A DNA stretch of 64,000 nucleotides from the human T2T-CHM13v2.0 reference genome, Homo sapiens: assembly GCF_009914755.1 (NCBI RefSeq), contig NC_060929.1. One strand, 5' to 3'. This document shows positions 13,820-26,504 of the stretch, piece after piece. Each line of letters opens with the position of its first letter. Position 1 is the stretch's first letter. Under the pieces are notes generated by a model. That model worked only from the letters and a program-made list of their open reading frames with translations, searched no databases and was not told the DNA's origin. A program made the position numbers and the translations under genes.

Positions 13820-15278
13820 AAAAGATTATAAAATACCAACATTTATGATACAAATTAAATACAAAGGGTGGAAATAGTTACTCATCAGAGCAAGCCTTTT
13901 CTTTTCCCCAATCTCATAATCAGCCATTTATTATATCAAACACTTTCTTTAGCATCTTGAAATTTGAAACTCCTCTTTGTTGTTAAATCTAAAGCAATCT
14001 GACCTAAGAGCCCAGAGACTTTTTTGATTTGCTTAATCTAGACTCTAGAACAGCAGGTGAACTAGCTATGTGCTGATAATATTATCTGGTTATTTTGCAG
14101 TGCCTTAGGTTAATTGGAAATGGAAAGCCATTATTCATCTCAAAGTGGCTTCATTTCATTTTGGCTAAGTTTTCCTTTTGTTTGACTCATTTAATACTAA
14201 TTGTGGTAGTGATGTGCTAAAACTATAAAATTATATAATTCCACTAGTCTCATCTCTTTTTCAGAGATGAAGAAATAATGAGTGACAGTTTACTTAGGGG
14301 CCTTGACCAAGTAAGGTAAACTTAACATTAGAACCTGCACCTTTTCATTTCCAGTCAGCTTTCATTTGCTTTCCTGGGTCAGACAAAGAATAAGGGAAAA
14401 TGATCAACTATTGATATGGGAGACTCAGCTCTTCTTGGTGAAACTCAAATGACGTCTTCACCTGAAAGAGCAGTGGCAACTAGCTTAGCAAATCTTTCTC
14501 ATATCCTCACTTGATGCCTTTCCATTGCTTTCTCCTTCTGGGAACATCCCTTCCTCATCTTAGTAATTCCTTAGATTGTTCTGTAATTACTTGTTTGTCG
14601 TGCTTTAAGTTATAATTTCCCTAAGCTGAAAACTTGCTTATTTCTAGAATATGTTCTCAAAATATTTCATAACGATATTAATAACTATAAAATGCTAAAA
14701 ACTGTGAGACTGCTTCTATTTGAAACTTAAATTATAGATAAATAACTTACTTTTGAAAGTGTCTCAGTCTGGTAGCTGTGATCAGAAAGCAGTTTAAATT
14801 TACAAACACCTTAAGAATGTTTCTAAACATTCTATTGAAATGCCTTTTTGTAACAAAATAGGTGATAGAGCAGTCAGTATTTATATACATGCAATACTTT
14901 AATCTTGGGTACAAAGCAAGATGACAAGCAAAGACATTAGCAGAGCAGTTATTAAATGAAAATATGATATAGGTAAGAAATGCTGAAATTTGAGATCTTG
15001 AAATAGTATTATTTTAAATGGTCCCAGAGAGATTTGAAAATATTGGGAAGAAAAAAATCAAGGTACTTACACATTTCTTTCTATTTTTACCTTTTGGTGG
15101 TCCAAATAGTTTGACACAGTATAACATTTATTCAGAGGGTAATCGTATTTTAAACCTATTTGATATTTTACACTTCATTTAAAAATCTCAAAATACCTTA
15201 TTAAGTAGTAATACTGCAAAGGTTATACACAGGTTTATTAAACAGCTGAAGAGGAAAATATTTTATAGTGGGCAATGA

Positions 15279-16565
15279 CAATCTTGTGCCACTTAACGAT
15301 GAACAGTTTCTGAGAAATGTGTCGTTAGATAATTTTATCATGCAGATATCATAGAATGTATTTACACAAACCTAGAGGTTATAGCCTACTACACACCTAG
15401 GCTATGTGGTATAGGTTGTTGCTTCTAGACTACAAGCCTGTACAGCATGTTACTGTGCTGAATACTGTAGGCAATTGTAACACAATGGTATTTTTGTATC
15501 TAAACATATCTAAAAGAGGTACAGTGAAAATATGGTATAAAAGATTTTTTAAATGGGGATTTGTCCATTCGGAGCCCCCCACCCTCTGTACGGGGGAGCC
15601 ATTTTCTTCTTTCTTCTTTCTTGCCTATTAAACTTTCCACTCCTTAAAAACCAAAAATAATCAAAAATTTAAAAAATTTTTAAAAAATGATACCCCCATA
15701 TAGGGCACTACCATGAAGGGAGCTTGGTGAATGCAATGTGAAGGTCAAGGATATTACTGTAAACTACCGTATATTTTATAAACAACGTATATTTGGATTA
15801 CACTAAATTTGTTCTTAAAAATTTCTCTCTTCAATAATAAATTTACCTTAGCTTACTGTAGCTTTACAGATTTTTAATTATTTACAACTTTTTACACTTT
15901 TGTAATAACAGCTTAAAACACAAACACATTGTTCAGCTGTACAAAAATGTTTCTCATATCCTAGTCTATAAATTTTCTCTCTCTCTCTCCCTCTCTCTTT
16001 CTCTCTCTCTCTCTATATATATACTTTTTAAACGTTTTTGTTAAAAATGAAGACTCAAATGAATATATTAACCTGGACCTACACAGAGTCAGGATCATCA
16101 GTATCACTGTCTTCCACCTCCACATTTTGTCCCACTGGAAGTTCTTCAGAAGCAATAACATGTGTGGAGCTGCCATCTCCTATGATAGCAGCACCTTCTT
16201 CTGGAATACCTCCTGAAGCACCTGCCTGAGGCTGTTTTAAAGTTAACTCTTTTTTATAAGTAGAACGAGTACACAAAATAGTGATTAAAAGTATACTATA
16301 GTAAATACATAAATGAGCAACAGAGTAATTTATCATTATCGAATATTATGCACTATACATAGTTGTATGTGATATACTTCATATGGCTGACAATGTAGTA
16401 GGTTTGTTTATGCCAGCATCACTACAAACATGCAAACATTTCATTAGGCATTAGGATGGTTACAATGTCACTAGGTGACAGGAATTTTTCAGCTCCATTA
16501 TAATATTACACATTGACTGCTGTTGACTGAAATGTTGTTATGTAGTATTATACAATGCATGACTG
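15279..16565 (-). mobile_element. Tigger3b-like (MER7) Tc1/mariner DNA transposon
   Basis: Diagnostic tatagcctactacacacctaggcta...tacagcatgttactgtgctgaatactgtaggcaattgtaacacaatggta. Ends catgactg|TA. Internal (CT)n(TA)n at ~15975-16022. Confidence 0.9.
15557..15673 (+). mobile_element. Short ERV LTR-like fragment with A-rich tail inserted into Tigger3b
   Basis: tttcttgcctATTAAActttccactccttaaaaacc followed by a degenerate A tail. Degenerate flanking duplication aagattttttaaatgg / aaatttttaaaaaatga. Confidence 0.6.
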
Positions 16566-17302
16566 TATTTATTTAAAATTTTCACCATGTTATTTGGTCA
16601 AAGCAGTAAATTTGTTTTTTACTTTGCAAAATGTGGGAGAAAGAGAATTTAAGGATCAAATTCTCTTAGGAAAAGTTCTGATTACCTTGATGCTTATAAT
16701 TATCTTTATGAATTAATGACAGATATCTCACATGGGTGATGTTAGGACATTCATAAATTCTGTAACGGAAGAAAATGCCACAACTTATAGAGAAAGACCT
16801 CAAGTTCATTGTGGTCCAGATTTGAAAAATCACAATCTCCCATGGGTTCAATTATTCCAGACTAGCCTAGGTCACTCCTAGCACAGGTACTGAGCATTCC
16901 AGGGAAGGCAATCAGTTAATCAAAAAGACTACTAGAGGGACTGGTTTAACTTTGAGAGTCCTGGAGCCACCTGAGACCACTAATGAGATACTCAAAAGTG
17001 TATGCTTCATTAGTTTATCCATTAACTTATTGAGTCTTCAAACATCTAGTTACTCTCATCATTTCCTCTTCCCCATGCCATGAGACATTAGATCTTTAAC
17101 ACACAAAAATAACAAATAAGCGCAGTTAATTGTCCTTGCAACATTTTTGGTCCTTCTATACTCTCTCCACTTCATTTCATCTTCATCTCACCCCATCCCA
17201 CCTATGCCTGAAAAAAAGTCACCCTATAAGCATTTCTTATATAGTATCACCTATGTGGTGCTATTCAACTCAGAAATATTTCGGATAAATTTGTATACAT
17301 AC

Positions 17303-17658
17303 TGTGGCATATGTGTTGTTCACCAGATATTCTCCTCCTTGTGCACACAATAGTATTATATTTCCTCCCCTTTTTTGAAATTAGGTATGGCAGTGTGACT
17401 AGTTTGGTCAATGGATTTTGGGCAAAATTGGGTACAAATTGTTATAACCTTTCCCTTCTGTGGTGGTAACTGGAAATGCTCCAACTGCTACTCAGTTAGA
17501 CTGAAGTTAGGATGATGTGAAATGAGAATGATACGAAGCAAAATACCAAGTCAGCCCATGGAGAAGTAGTGTGAGCAAGAAATAATCTTTGTTCTATAAA
17601 ATCTCTAAGATTTTGGGATTGTTTATATTATAGCACAACCTAACCTATCCTGACTGTT
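17303..17658 (+). mobile_element. MLT1I/J-type MaLR LTR
   Basis: ttaggtatggcagtgtgactagtttggtcaatgg...gtgtgagcaagaaataatctttgtt...tagcacaacctaacctatcctgact. Confidence 0.75.
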
Positions 17659-18115
17659 TCAAAGATAATATAAATAAATATGGCTTTTTCTCACAGCCGG
17701 TCATCCAATACATACGATTAGTACCATTTTAAGCTTTCAGCCAGTGAGCATTCAGGTATCATTCTTGTTTTCTTCAGTGGCACTTTGCTATGTTGTTTGT
17801 TTGATTTTATCATTAATTTTCCTCTGGTCAGTAATTTTGAGCAATAATAAGAGACTGAATGTACAACTGGCTGTCCTGGAAGTTTCACCTAAATTTTATA
17901 TCAGGCTAGATGTTATTAAAGTGTGAGACTTCAAGAAAAGAAGGAGGAAATACAGGCTGAAGGCTAATAAAAAATTAGAGATTGGTGGAAGACATTTGGC
18001 ATTATGAAGGGCAAGCATCACTGCAATCTGGGAGATATTACCAACAATTATATGAATAGTAGCTGGAAGAAACCGTGGCCAAAGATGAGCCATAATCCAG
18101 GTGTTTGAAGATAAG

Positions 18116-18521
18116 GATGTTAGTTATCTCTTGCTATGTAATAACTTTCTCCAACTTGACAGCTTAAAACAAACAAACTTTTTTTATCATAGTGATTTTA
18201 TGGTCAGGAATTCAGAAGTGGCTTGGATGGGTGGTTCTGGCTCAGGGTCTTTCAAGTCTGAAAGGATTCCTTGCCACATTGATCTCACCATAGGGTGCTT
18301 GAGTGTCCTCACAATAGCTATTTCCTCCCAAAGCAAATGATACAAGAGAAAAGGATAGAAGTTTCAATGATTTTTATGACCTAGCTTCAGAAGTCACACT
18401 CTGTCATTTCCACAATACCTTATTTGTTGCACAAGTCAGCCCTATTCAATGTGAAAAGAATCAACATAGGATACCAAGAGACAAGGATCACTGGAGGCCA
18501 TCTCAGGGGCTGGCTACAACA
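18116..18521 (-). mobile_element. MLT1G/H-type MaLR LTR
   Basis: tagttatctcttgctatgtaataac...ggtcaggaattcagaagtggcttggatgggtggttctggctcaggg...ggaggccatctcaggggctggctacaaca. Confidence 0.75.
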
Positions 18522-19243
18522 GTGGAAGAGTCTTAGTCAAGATGAAACTCAGGGATTGCAACTCCAAAGGGATACCGCGATGATGGCTTTGCTGTTTGCT
18601 GATTTAGTGTTCTCGTTTTAGAAACACAATCTATCCCATCTCATCTGCATCTATCCAATGAGATAAAATAAATAAACACTGTTCAATAGTATAAAATATG
18701 ATTGAGACTTTTTATGAGGTACTGTATTAAAAACATTTTCTACTTTAACTTTCTGTACAGTTTCATTATTATTTGCATAAAATTGAAAATAATTTAAATG
18801 GTTGAACTTTTTGGCATTTCAATTAAGTTCTTCTTTGTTAAAGATACTATTGTCTATTGTGTAAATATCAAGATATATTAACCAAAAAATTAAATTATAT
18901 TTTTTCTGAAAGCAAAATCTTTTTTAAAAATTTAAGGAAACAACAATTTACATTGTGTAGCAATTACTATCGGCTGTAACTGTACACTTTTGGAATAATT
19001 ATTTCCTCAGATATTTGTACCATGATTGATAAACACCCCCTGGATTTCTCATGTGTTTAAAATTTGAAACATTTCTTGCCAGATTCACTATAAACTTGTA
19101 AGAATTCTCATTTGAAGAAAAGTTTGTTTTTTATTATTCCACAAGAAAGACAAATACAATGAAATATTTAATTTACAATTTGTTAGTAAAGATATTACTT
19201 CTACCCATGTTTGAAATTAAATTAACATTTAAAAATCGTTTTT

Positions 19244-19555
19244 GGCCAGGCACAGTGGCTCAAACCTGTAATCTCAGCACTTTGGGAAGCTGAGACAGGA
19301 GGATCTCTTGAGGCCAGGAGTTTGAGACCAACCAGCCTTGGACAACATAGTGAGACCCCATCTCTACAAAAATTAAAAAAAAATAACCAGGCATGATGGC
19401 ACTTGCCTGTAGTCCTAGCTACTTGGGAGGCTGAGGCAGGAGGATCACTTGAGGCCAGGAGTTTGCGATTACAGTGAGCTATGGTTGCGTGACTGTACTC
19501 CAGCCTGGCAAAAGAGCAAAACTCTGTCTCTAAAAAAAGGTTTAAAGACTAAAGT
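19244..19555 (+). mobile_element. AluJ
   Basis: Dimeric Alu with J-type ggaggatc(a)cttgaggccaggagttt in both arms. Degenerate tail and TSD taaaaatcgttttt/taaaattcattttt. Confidence 0.92.
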
Positions 19556-20076
19556 AAAATTCATTTTTATTTTTCTTTTTTTCAGAAAACATACAGCTTG
19601 ATGGTAACAAGAACATGATCATCAATGGGACACCTACATTCCTTTCTTTTCATCAACCAAAAATATGCTCTCTAGGCTATCCAAGTTTACTGATGGCGCT
19701 CATTTCAAAAGTTATTCTACTTTTGTTTGTTTGTAATCTGTAATATGTTTTTCTCCATAGAAATAATGGTAAAAATAATAGCAAGGTAACCAAATTAGTA
19801 CTTGGAAAACTTCTTAACCAGGAGAATTCCTCAATCTAGTATTTTCAAGCTATGGAATATAATCCCCTTGTATGGAAAAGCCTAAAGATGAGGCTTACTG
19901 CAAGGATGTGCTATAGCTTCTTGTGGTTTGATTGAGGGAAAAAATTGAAGTCTTAAGCTTCTTCCTTTTCTTCCTAGTAACCTAGATATATCTACTTTTC
20001 TTCGCTTTACCCTTCCCTTTGGTTCTGCCTAGAATTTATCTCTTTCCTTGGTTCACATAGACACACAGTTTACTTC

Positions 20077-20334
20077 AATAATAATAGTAGCTAACACTTT
20101 TTAAAGTGCTTACTGTATATCAGATGCTGGTCCAAGCATTCCATGTGCATTATTTCATTTCATTACTAGGAGTAAATCATTTTATGTTAGCCCTATTATA
20201 CAGATGAGAGAGATAAGGAATATAGAAGTTGAATAACCTGGCAAAAATTATGATGCTAGTTGGTAGTAGAATAAGAATTTAAAATATTTAAATTTGGGTA
20301 GTTTGACTCTGGAGCCTAGTTTTTGTTAACCATG
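20077..20334 (-). mobile_element. MIR SINE, near full length
   Basis: aataatagtagctaacac...gtgcttactgt...acagatgagaga...gtttgactctggagcc. Confidence 0.8.
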
Positions 20335-20377
20335 AGAAAATAGACAAATAGATGTTTGATAGTTGGTAGATAGATAG

Positions 20378-20380
<3 letters not shown>

Positions 20381-20416
<36 letters not shown>
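20381..20416. repeat. (AC)18 microsatellite preceded by a GATA-like repeat
   Basis: Seen directly. Confidence 0.97.
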
Positions 20417-20419
<3 letters not shown>

Positions 20420-21594
20420 TTTACCCCTACTAACATGAAAATGGAAATAAAACTACACCTATCTTATTTTAAAAATTTAGCCACAGTGGGAAAAGCAAAG
20501 CCTCATATATCAGCAAAAGCATGTGCATTTCATCTCCATTTCATGGAAAAAATCTAGAAATATTTTAAAAAAAAAATACTTTCTAGAATTGAGGCAGTAG
20601 CTCTGAATAGACAAGGAAAGAAGTAAATGCACTCTCACAGTGGATTCTGGCCTGAGTGGGGAAATCACAGCAATTTCTTGAAGAGATCTGAAGGGAGCAA
20701 CCCTTCTTTCTCTCCATACCAGATGGTCCCACAGACCTTACCCTGGACCAGACTTCAACCAACACTGGAGAAGATGAAAAGGAGGCCTTGGGGTACTGAG
20801 TTCGCCAGCTGGGAAAGGAGCCCAGCATAGGGATACACTTAGGCTCACATGGTGCAGAGCAAAGAAGGTAGGAGGAGAGAAAAACACAAAGCAGCACATA
20901 TTTACTTCTGCTGTTTCAAAAACTGATTAAACAAATATATAAAGTGAAATTTGTAAGCATACTGTTTTACACAAAAGTTAACACTGAAAAATCTTAAGTC
21001 ATTTAATGCTAATGCTACTTCATTTCTTTAATCCATTGCTGATAGCTGGGAACAGAATCAAACACCACAGACACCTCTTGAGCTAGTCATGAGTGACTTA
21101 TGAGACTAAGCTGTTCTCAGTCCCAGAAATTAGAAATCCTTCTCCAATGTACATTCTTTCACCCTTGCCAGGAAAAAGGATGCATTTTCCCACTAGGAAC
21201 TGAACAAGGTCACCTTGGCCCAGGTTGTCAGGAACTAAAACAGTAACAAACAGTTGTCTGCAGAAAGAACGCAATATTTCTATTAAACATTTCTAACATT
21301 TCTTTAAAAAGAAAAGATATACTAATTTGTAAAAGTTTAATGAATGTTTAACAACTATGAGATAATTTGGTTTATTAGTGCAGCTAAGTAATTCTGTTAA
21401 TGAATGAATGAGTAAATAAATGATTAGTCCACCAAACAAGTAGTGAGTTGACTTACTCTAGATAGGCAGAAAGGCAGTAGTTTTGATAGCAAATAAAATC
21501 CAGATGTTAGCCTGTTGGGCACAAATGGAGACTGTGCATGTCTTTATAGAAGGAGGTGCTGATGTTGGCTACTGTAGGAAAAACTAGACATTTA

Positions 21595-22037
<443 letters not shown>

Positions 22038-22248
22038 AAGAACTTTTCATGTACTGACAAACATTGTAGTGGGAGTTTGGAATTTGGATATTCACGACTG
22101 ATTCTGAAATGAACTAGTTTTGTGACTTTAGGAAAACTATTTTTCTTTTTTTAGGTTTTGGCTTCTTTTATAAAATTAGAAAGCTGGGGAATAAGTACTC
22201 CCCAGAGTATGCTTTAGAACACCAGCTCTTTGAGAGAAATACACACAA

Positions 22249-22554
22249 TTTTTTGTTTGTTTGGTTTTGAGAGAAGATCTTACTCTATCACCCAAGCTAG
22301 AGTGCAGGGACATGAACATGGCTCACTGAAGCCTTGACCTCCTGTGTTTAAGTGATCTTCCTGCCTTGGCTTCCCAAGTAGCTGGGACTACAGGTGTATG
22401 GCACCATGCCCAGCTAATTTTTTATTTTTATTTTTTGTAAAGACAGGGTCTCACCATGTTGCCCAGGCAGGTCTCAGACTCCTGATCTCAAGCAGTTCTC
22501 CCACCTCAACCTCCCAAACTGTTGGGATTATAGGCATGAACTACCATGCCCGAC
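22249..22554 (-). mobile_element. AluJ
   Basis: Reverse Alu with J-type gccttgacctcc and cagggtctcaccatgttgcccagg. Confidence 0.9.
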
Positions 22555-22594
22555 TTTTTTTTTTTTTTAATGCAAGAGTTTCTAGTCCAATTAT

Positions 22595-23629
22595 GTTTTA
22601 GTTAGGGTTTCCTAAAGCTATACATTATGAAATACCTATCTCAAGCTAGCTAAACTAAAAAATGGGGATTATCCTCTCAGATAGCTGAAAAGTGTAGGGG
22701 TAGAGGGGGCCATTGGCCTAGGTGACTCTGTGGCTTGAATATCATTGGTACCTGTATCACGGGAAGAATAATGTTCCCCTAAAGGTGTTCATGCCCTGAC
22801 ACTAGAAACTGTGAAATCCTACCTTATATGGCAAAAGGGACTTTGCAGATGTGATTAAGGGTTAAGGAGATTATCCTGGGCCCAATCTAATCACACAAGT
22901 GCTTAAAAGTGAAAGAGGAATACATAAGGGTTGGTCAGAGAAATGGACATGATAAGGCCTCAGCCCACTGTTGATGACTTTGAAAATGAAGGAAAGGAGA
23001 CACAAGCCAAGGAATGTGGTGTCCTTTAGAACTTGGGAACAACCCTCAATTGAACAGGCAGAAAGTAAATGGGGCCTTGGTCCTACAGTAGCAACCCAAA
23101 GAAGCAGAAATTAGATTCTCCTTTAGTGCTTCCAGAAAGAAACACAGCCCTGCCCACTCCTTGATTTTACTCTAGTGACCTATAACATACTTTGACTTCC
23201 AGAACTGTAGGATCACAAATTTGTGTTGCTTTAAGCCACTATGTCTGTGGTAATTTGTTACAGCAGCAACAGAAAACTAATACAAGTTGGTGCTTTTCAT
23301 CTCCGGATTCTGCATCTTTGTCAGCCCCTTTCACAAGCCAGGTGCTTCCAACAGTTTCAATCTCCTTCCCATTGTCTTAATAGCATTTTTGGAAAGAAAA
23401 GGCTTCTTCCCTAGTAAATTCTGGAAACGTTCTTGGCCTGCTTTCCATTCACTAGAAATGGATCATGTGTCCACCACATGCTATTGATATAAATCACATG
23501 CCTATTTCTAGACCTGAGGTCAGCTCCTTCCCAACCACATGCAGTGAGATTGGGGAGGAAGGAGTTCCATAAAAAATAACTGGAATACAGATAGAACTTA
23601 TGCTGGACAGCCAAAACAAGTGTCCACTA
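22595..23629 (-). mobile_element. Old MLT1K/L-like LTR split by a younger MLT1D insertion
   Basis: Left part ttagttagggttt...ctcaagctagctaaac...agctgaaaagtgtagggg. Right part gatcatgtgtccacc...tgctggacagccaaaacaagtgtccacta. Confidence 0.5.
22755..23284 (+). mobile_element. MLT1D/E-type MaLR solo LTR
   Basis: ccttatatggcaaaagggactttgcagatgtgattaagg...taatttgttacagcagcaacagaaaactaataca. Confidence 0.9.
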
Positions 23630-23755
23630 AGAATGACTTTGAAAAATTCTCTGTGAAATAAATAGAAACAATTTTCTCTATCAGGATTTCTTAGAGCCTG
23701 TAATATACATAATGAATATCCAAGAAGAGGAATATACTCTACTATACTTCCCAAA

Positions 23756-24208
23756 TATATTAGTTTTCAATTACTGCTGTAACAAATTGCCACACATTTA
23801 CTGGCTTAAAACCATACAAATTTATTATCTTACAGTTTTGGAATTCACAAGTACACAATGGGTCTTCATGGCTACAACCCTTTTAGAGGCTTTAGGAGAG
23901 AATCTTTTTCCTTGCTTTTTTCAGCTTATGGAAGCTGCCTGCATTCCTGGGCTAGTGGGCCCTTGTTTCATCTTCAAAGCCAGCAGTGGAGCATCTTCAA
24001 ATCTGTCTCTGACTGCCTCTAGTCCTTCTGTCTCCCTCTCATAAGAACCCTTGTGATTACATTGGTGCCATCTGGCTCACCCCCCTACCTCAAGATCTTT
24101 AACTTAATAAGATTTGTAAACTCCCCTTTGCCATGAAAGGTAACATATTCTCTGGTCCCCAGGATTAGGGTATGAGCATCTTTGGGAGCCATTATTCTGT
24201 CTACCACA
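23756..24208 (-). mobile_element. MLT1C/D-type MaLR solo LTR
   Basis: ttactgctgtaacaaattgccacac...ccctttgccatgaaaggtaacatattc...attattctgtctaccaca. Near TSD ccaaa/tcaaa. Confidence 0.88.
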
Positions 24209-24232
24209 TCAAACTTATTTTATGATGTAAAG

Positions 24233-24434
24233 CAGCCTGCAGTAAACTATGGCCCATGAGCCAGATTCCACCTGTTGCCTGTTTTTATCTAGTCCATGAG
24301 CTAAAAATAACTTCTACATTTTAAAAGGGTAAAAAATAACACAAAGAAGAATATGCAACAAAGACCATATGTGGCCTGAAATACCTAAAATATTTACTAT
24401 CTGGCTCTTTATGGAAAAAATTTGCTTATTCCTG
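24233..24434 (+). mobile_element. MER58-family hAT-Charlie MITE
   Basis: aaactatggccc...cctaaaatatttactatctggctcttt...tttgcttattcctg. 8-bp TSD atgtaaag/atgtagag is typical of hAT elements. Confidence 0.85.
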
Positions 24435-24529
24435 ATGTAGAGTGTCTTACAGTATTAGTGCTGTTTGGAACACAGATACAAGAAAAATAGACTAGATGAT
24501 TGTTTCTAGTTGCTTTCCCCCTCTATCAT

Positions 24530-24650
24530 TTTCATTTATGTGTTAAATGAACAGTTACTGATCACCTATTTGTGTGAGGTGCTGTTCTAGCCACTGGGGA
24601 TATTAAAATATAAGTCATAGTCCCCGCTTCAAGCTACTTACAGTCTATTA
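24530..24650 (-). mobile_element. L2 3' fragment
   Basis: ttactgatcacctatttgtgtgaggtgctgttctagccactgggga...cttacagtcta. Confidence 0.7.
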
Positions 24651-24664
24651 GAAAAATAATCTAT

Positions 24665-25006
24665 GGCCAGGAGCAATGGCTCACACATGTAATACCAATA
24701 TTTCGAGGGGTCGAGGCAGGCAGATCACTTGAGCTCAGGAGTTCCAGATCAGTCTGGGCAACATGGAAACACCTGGTCTCTACAAAACGATACAAAAATT
24801 AGCCAAGCATGGTGGCACACACCTGTAGTCCCACTACTTGGGAGGCTAAGGTGGGAGGATGGCTGGAGCCTGGGAAGCTGAGGTTGCAGTGAGCCAAGAT
24901 CACACGACTGCACTCCAGCCTGGGTAACAGAATGAGACTCTGTCTCCAAATATATATATGCAAATATATATACGCACACAAATATATATATATATATATA
25001 TATATA
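24665..25006 (+). mobile_element. AluJ with (TA)n-converted tail
   Basis: Dimeric Alu 24665-24946 (gggaggatggctggagcctggg), followed by TA repeats. Confidence 0.9.
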
Positions 25007-26504
25007 GCAGTAAGTGTAAAAGAGTACTTTAGGCTGCTTTAGCATCCTAGGCTGTGTTCAGGGGAGTAAAGAAGATGCCTTTTGGTGGGAGCTTAGCACA
25101 TGTCCCTTTCTCTGGGAACTATCTACTCCAGGTACAGAGTTGGACACATGCAATTATTTCTGCAATGTGTGACCCTGCTCTGTGGTCACCGGTGAATAGT
25201 CCAGGATTGACACCCATTTTAAGCCAGACTTTTTCTCCCAGGAATTTAAATTAGCAGTCACATTGGATTTTAACTTGTTCATAAACCACTAATTCCCGGC
25301 ATCATGACTGGCACGTAGGAGACTTCATTATGTGTTTGTGGAATGAATGAGTGAGTGCTGCCATGTGTTCTCATTTCTCAGTTGGCAAAGCTAACATCGA
25401 AGGAATTTTAACCATAAAAGAAATTCGAAACACCTTTAGTAACTGCTTTCACCCCTATAGAGATGGGCTAGCACGGAAAAGTAAAAGTTCTTTCTATAAC
25501 AGAGTAAGGCACAGAATACGTGAGATTTAGACTGACTAGAGCTCTCTTTCCCTCTTGGTCATTGCATTTTGGGTTCAGGCCTACACTAACAGGCCTGAAT
25601 CTAACCCTATGCTGCCTAGATCTTTAATCCAGGACTCAATCCTCCATGCAAAGTTAATTCCTTATTTGTGTTCCCATGATACTGTGTCCATATTTTTATG
25701 TACCACTTAGACTGAACTGCAATGATCTGTTTACTAGACAGTTTCCCTCACTGGCTTAGGAGTTCCTATTGTGCCTCTGTATGATAAAATTCAATAACGT
25801 GTCATAAAGGAAGGAAAAAATAAATTATATAATACAAATGTTTAAAAAATTAACAATCACAGATGCTAGTCTCTGTAGGTGTTGGGAAGGAATAGGAAGT
25901 TGGGGTAGCTACATTTGCCTTCTTGTACTTAAAGATACATAAAAGTCTATGGACAAAGAATAAAAAATATGAGCAGATATGCAGAGAGAAGAAGAGGTCT
26001 GAGACCATGTATTTCTGGATTAATAGAGATATTTCCATGCTCCAGGGCCTCATGACCACTATCCATGGTGCTGGAGCAGATACTGGGGATCTCCTGGTAG
26101 TTAGTTTCTGTTTGTACAGAGAGATCCAGGGAGAGTGGCTGCAGTGGCTGGGCTGGCTCTTGTAGGAACACAGGTCGTGGCTATTTAGCAACTATTATGG
26201 AAATGTTTCAAGATTTTAGCCAATGCTATGGCTGTATCTGAGCATACCTGCTTATATCTGCATTATAAAGCCTCACTTTCACTGAAAATAGTTGAAATCC
26301 ATTTCTGCTACTTGTAAACAATCTTCAAGAAGGGCATGGATTTTAAAGGAGAAAGGAATGCATTCTACCTTTCAGGTCAAGAAAAAAAGTATAGTGCAAG
26401 TAACACCAGAGCTGACTCAGGAATGTTGAGAAAATGCGTGCCACTGGGAAGGTAAGGGAGACAGTTCAAACAGCAAGGATGCAGGTAGACGCATGAAATG
26501 GCTT

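Noticed and set aside
15404-16336. ORFs that might be a transposase
   Set aside because: Short ORFs within a non-autonomous Tigger3b; no DDE domain is recognisable.
20583-20897. 104-aa ORF in unique sequence
   Set aside because: No recognisable domain and no convincing paired splice sites; length is within chance expectation.
25850-26191. Three overlapping ORFs up to 113 aa
   Set aside because: No homology recognised; probably degenerate repeat or neutral DNA.
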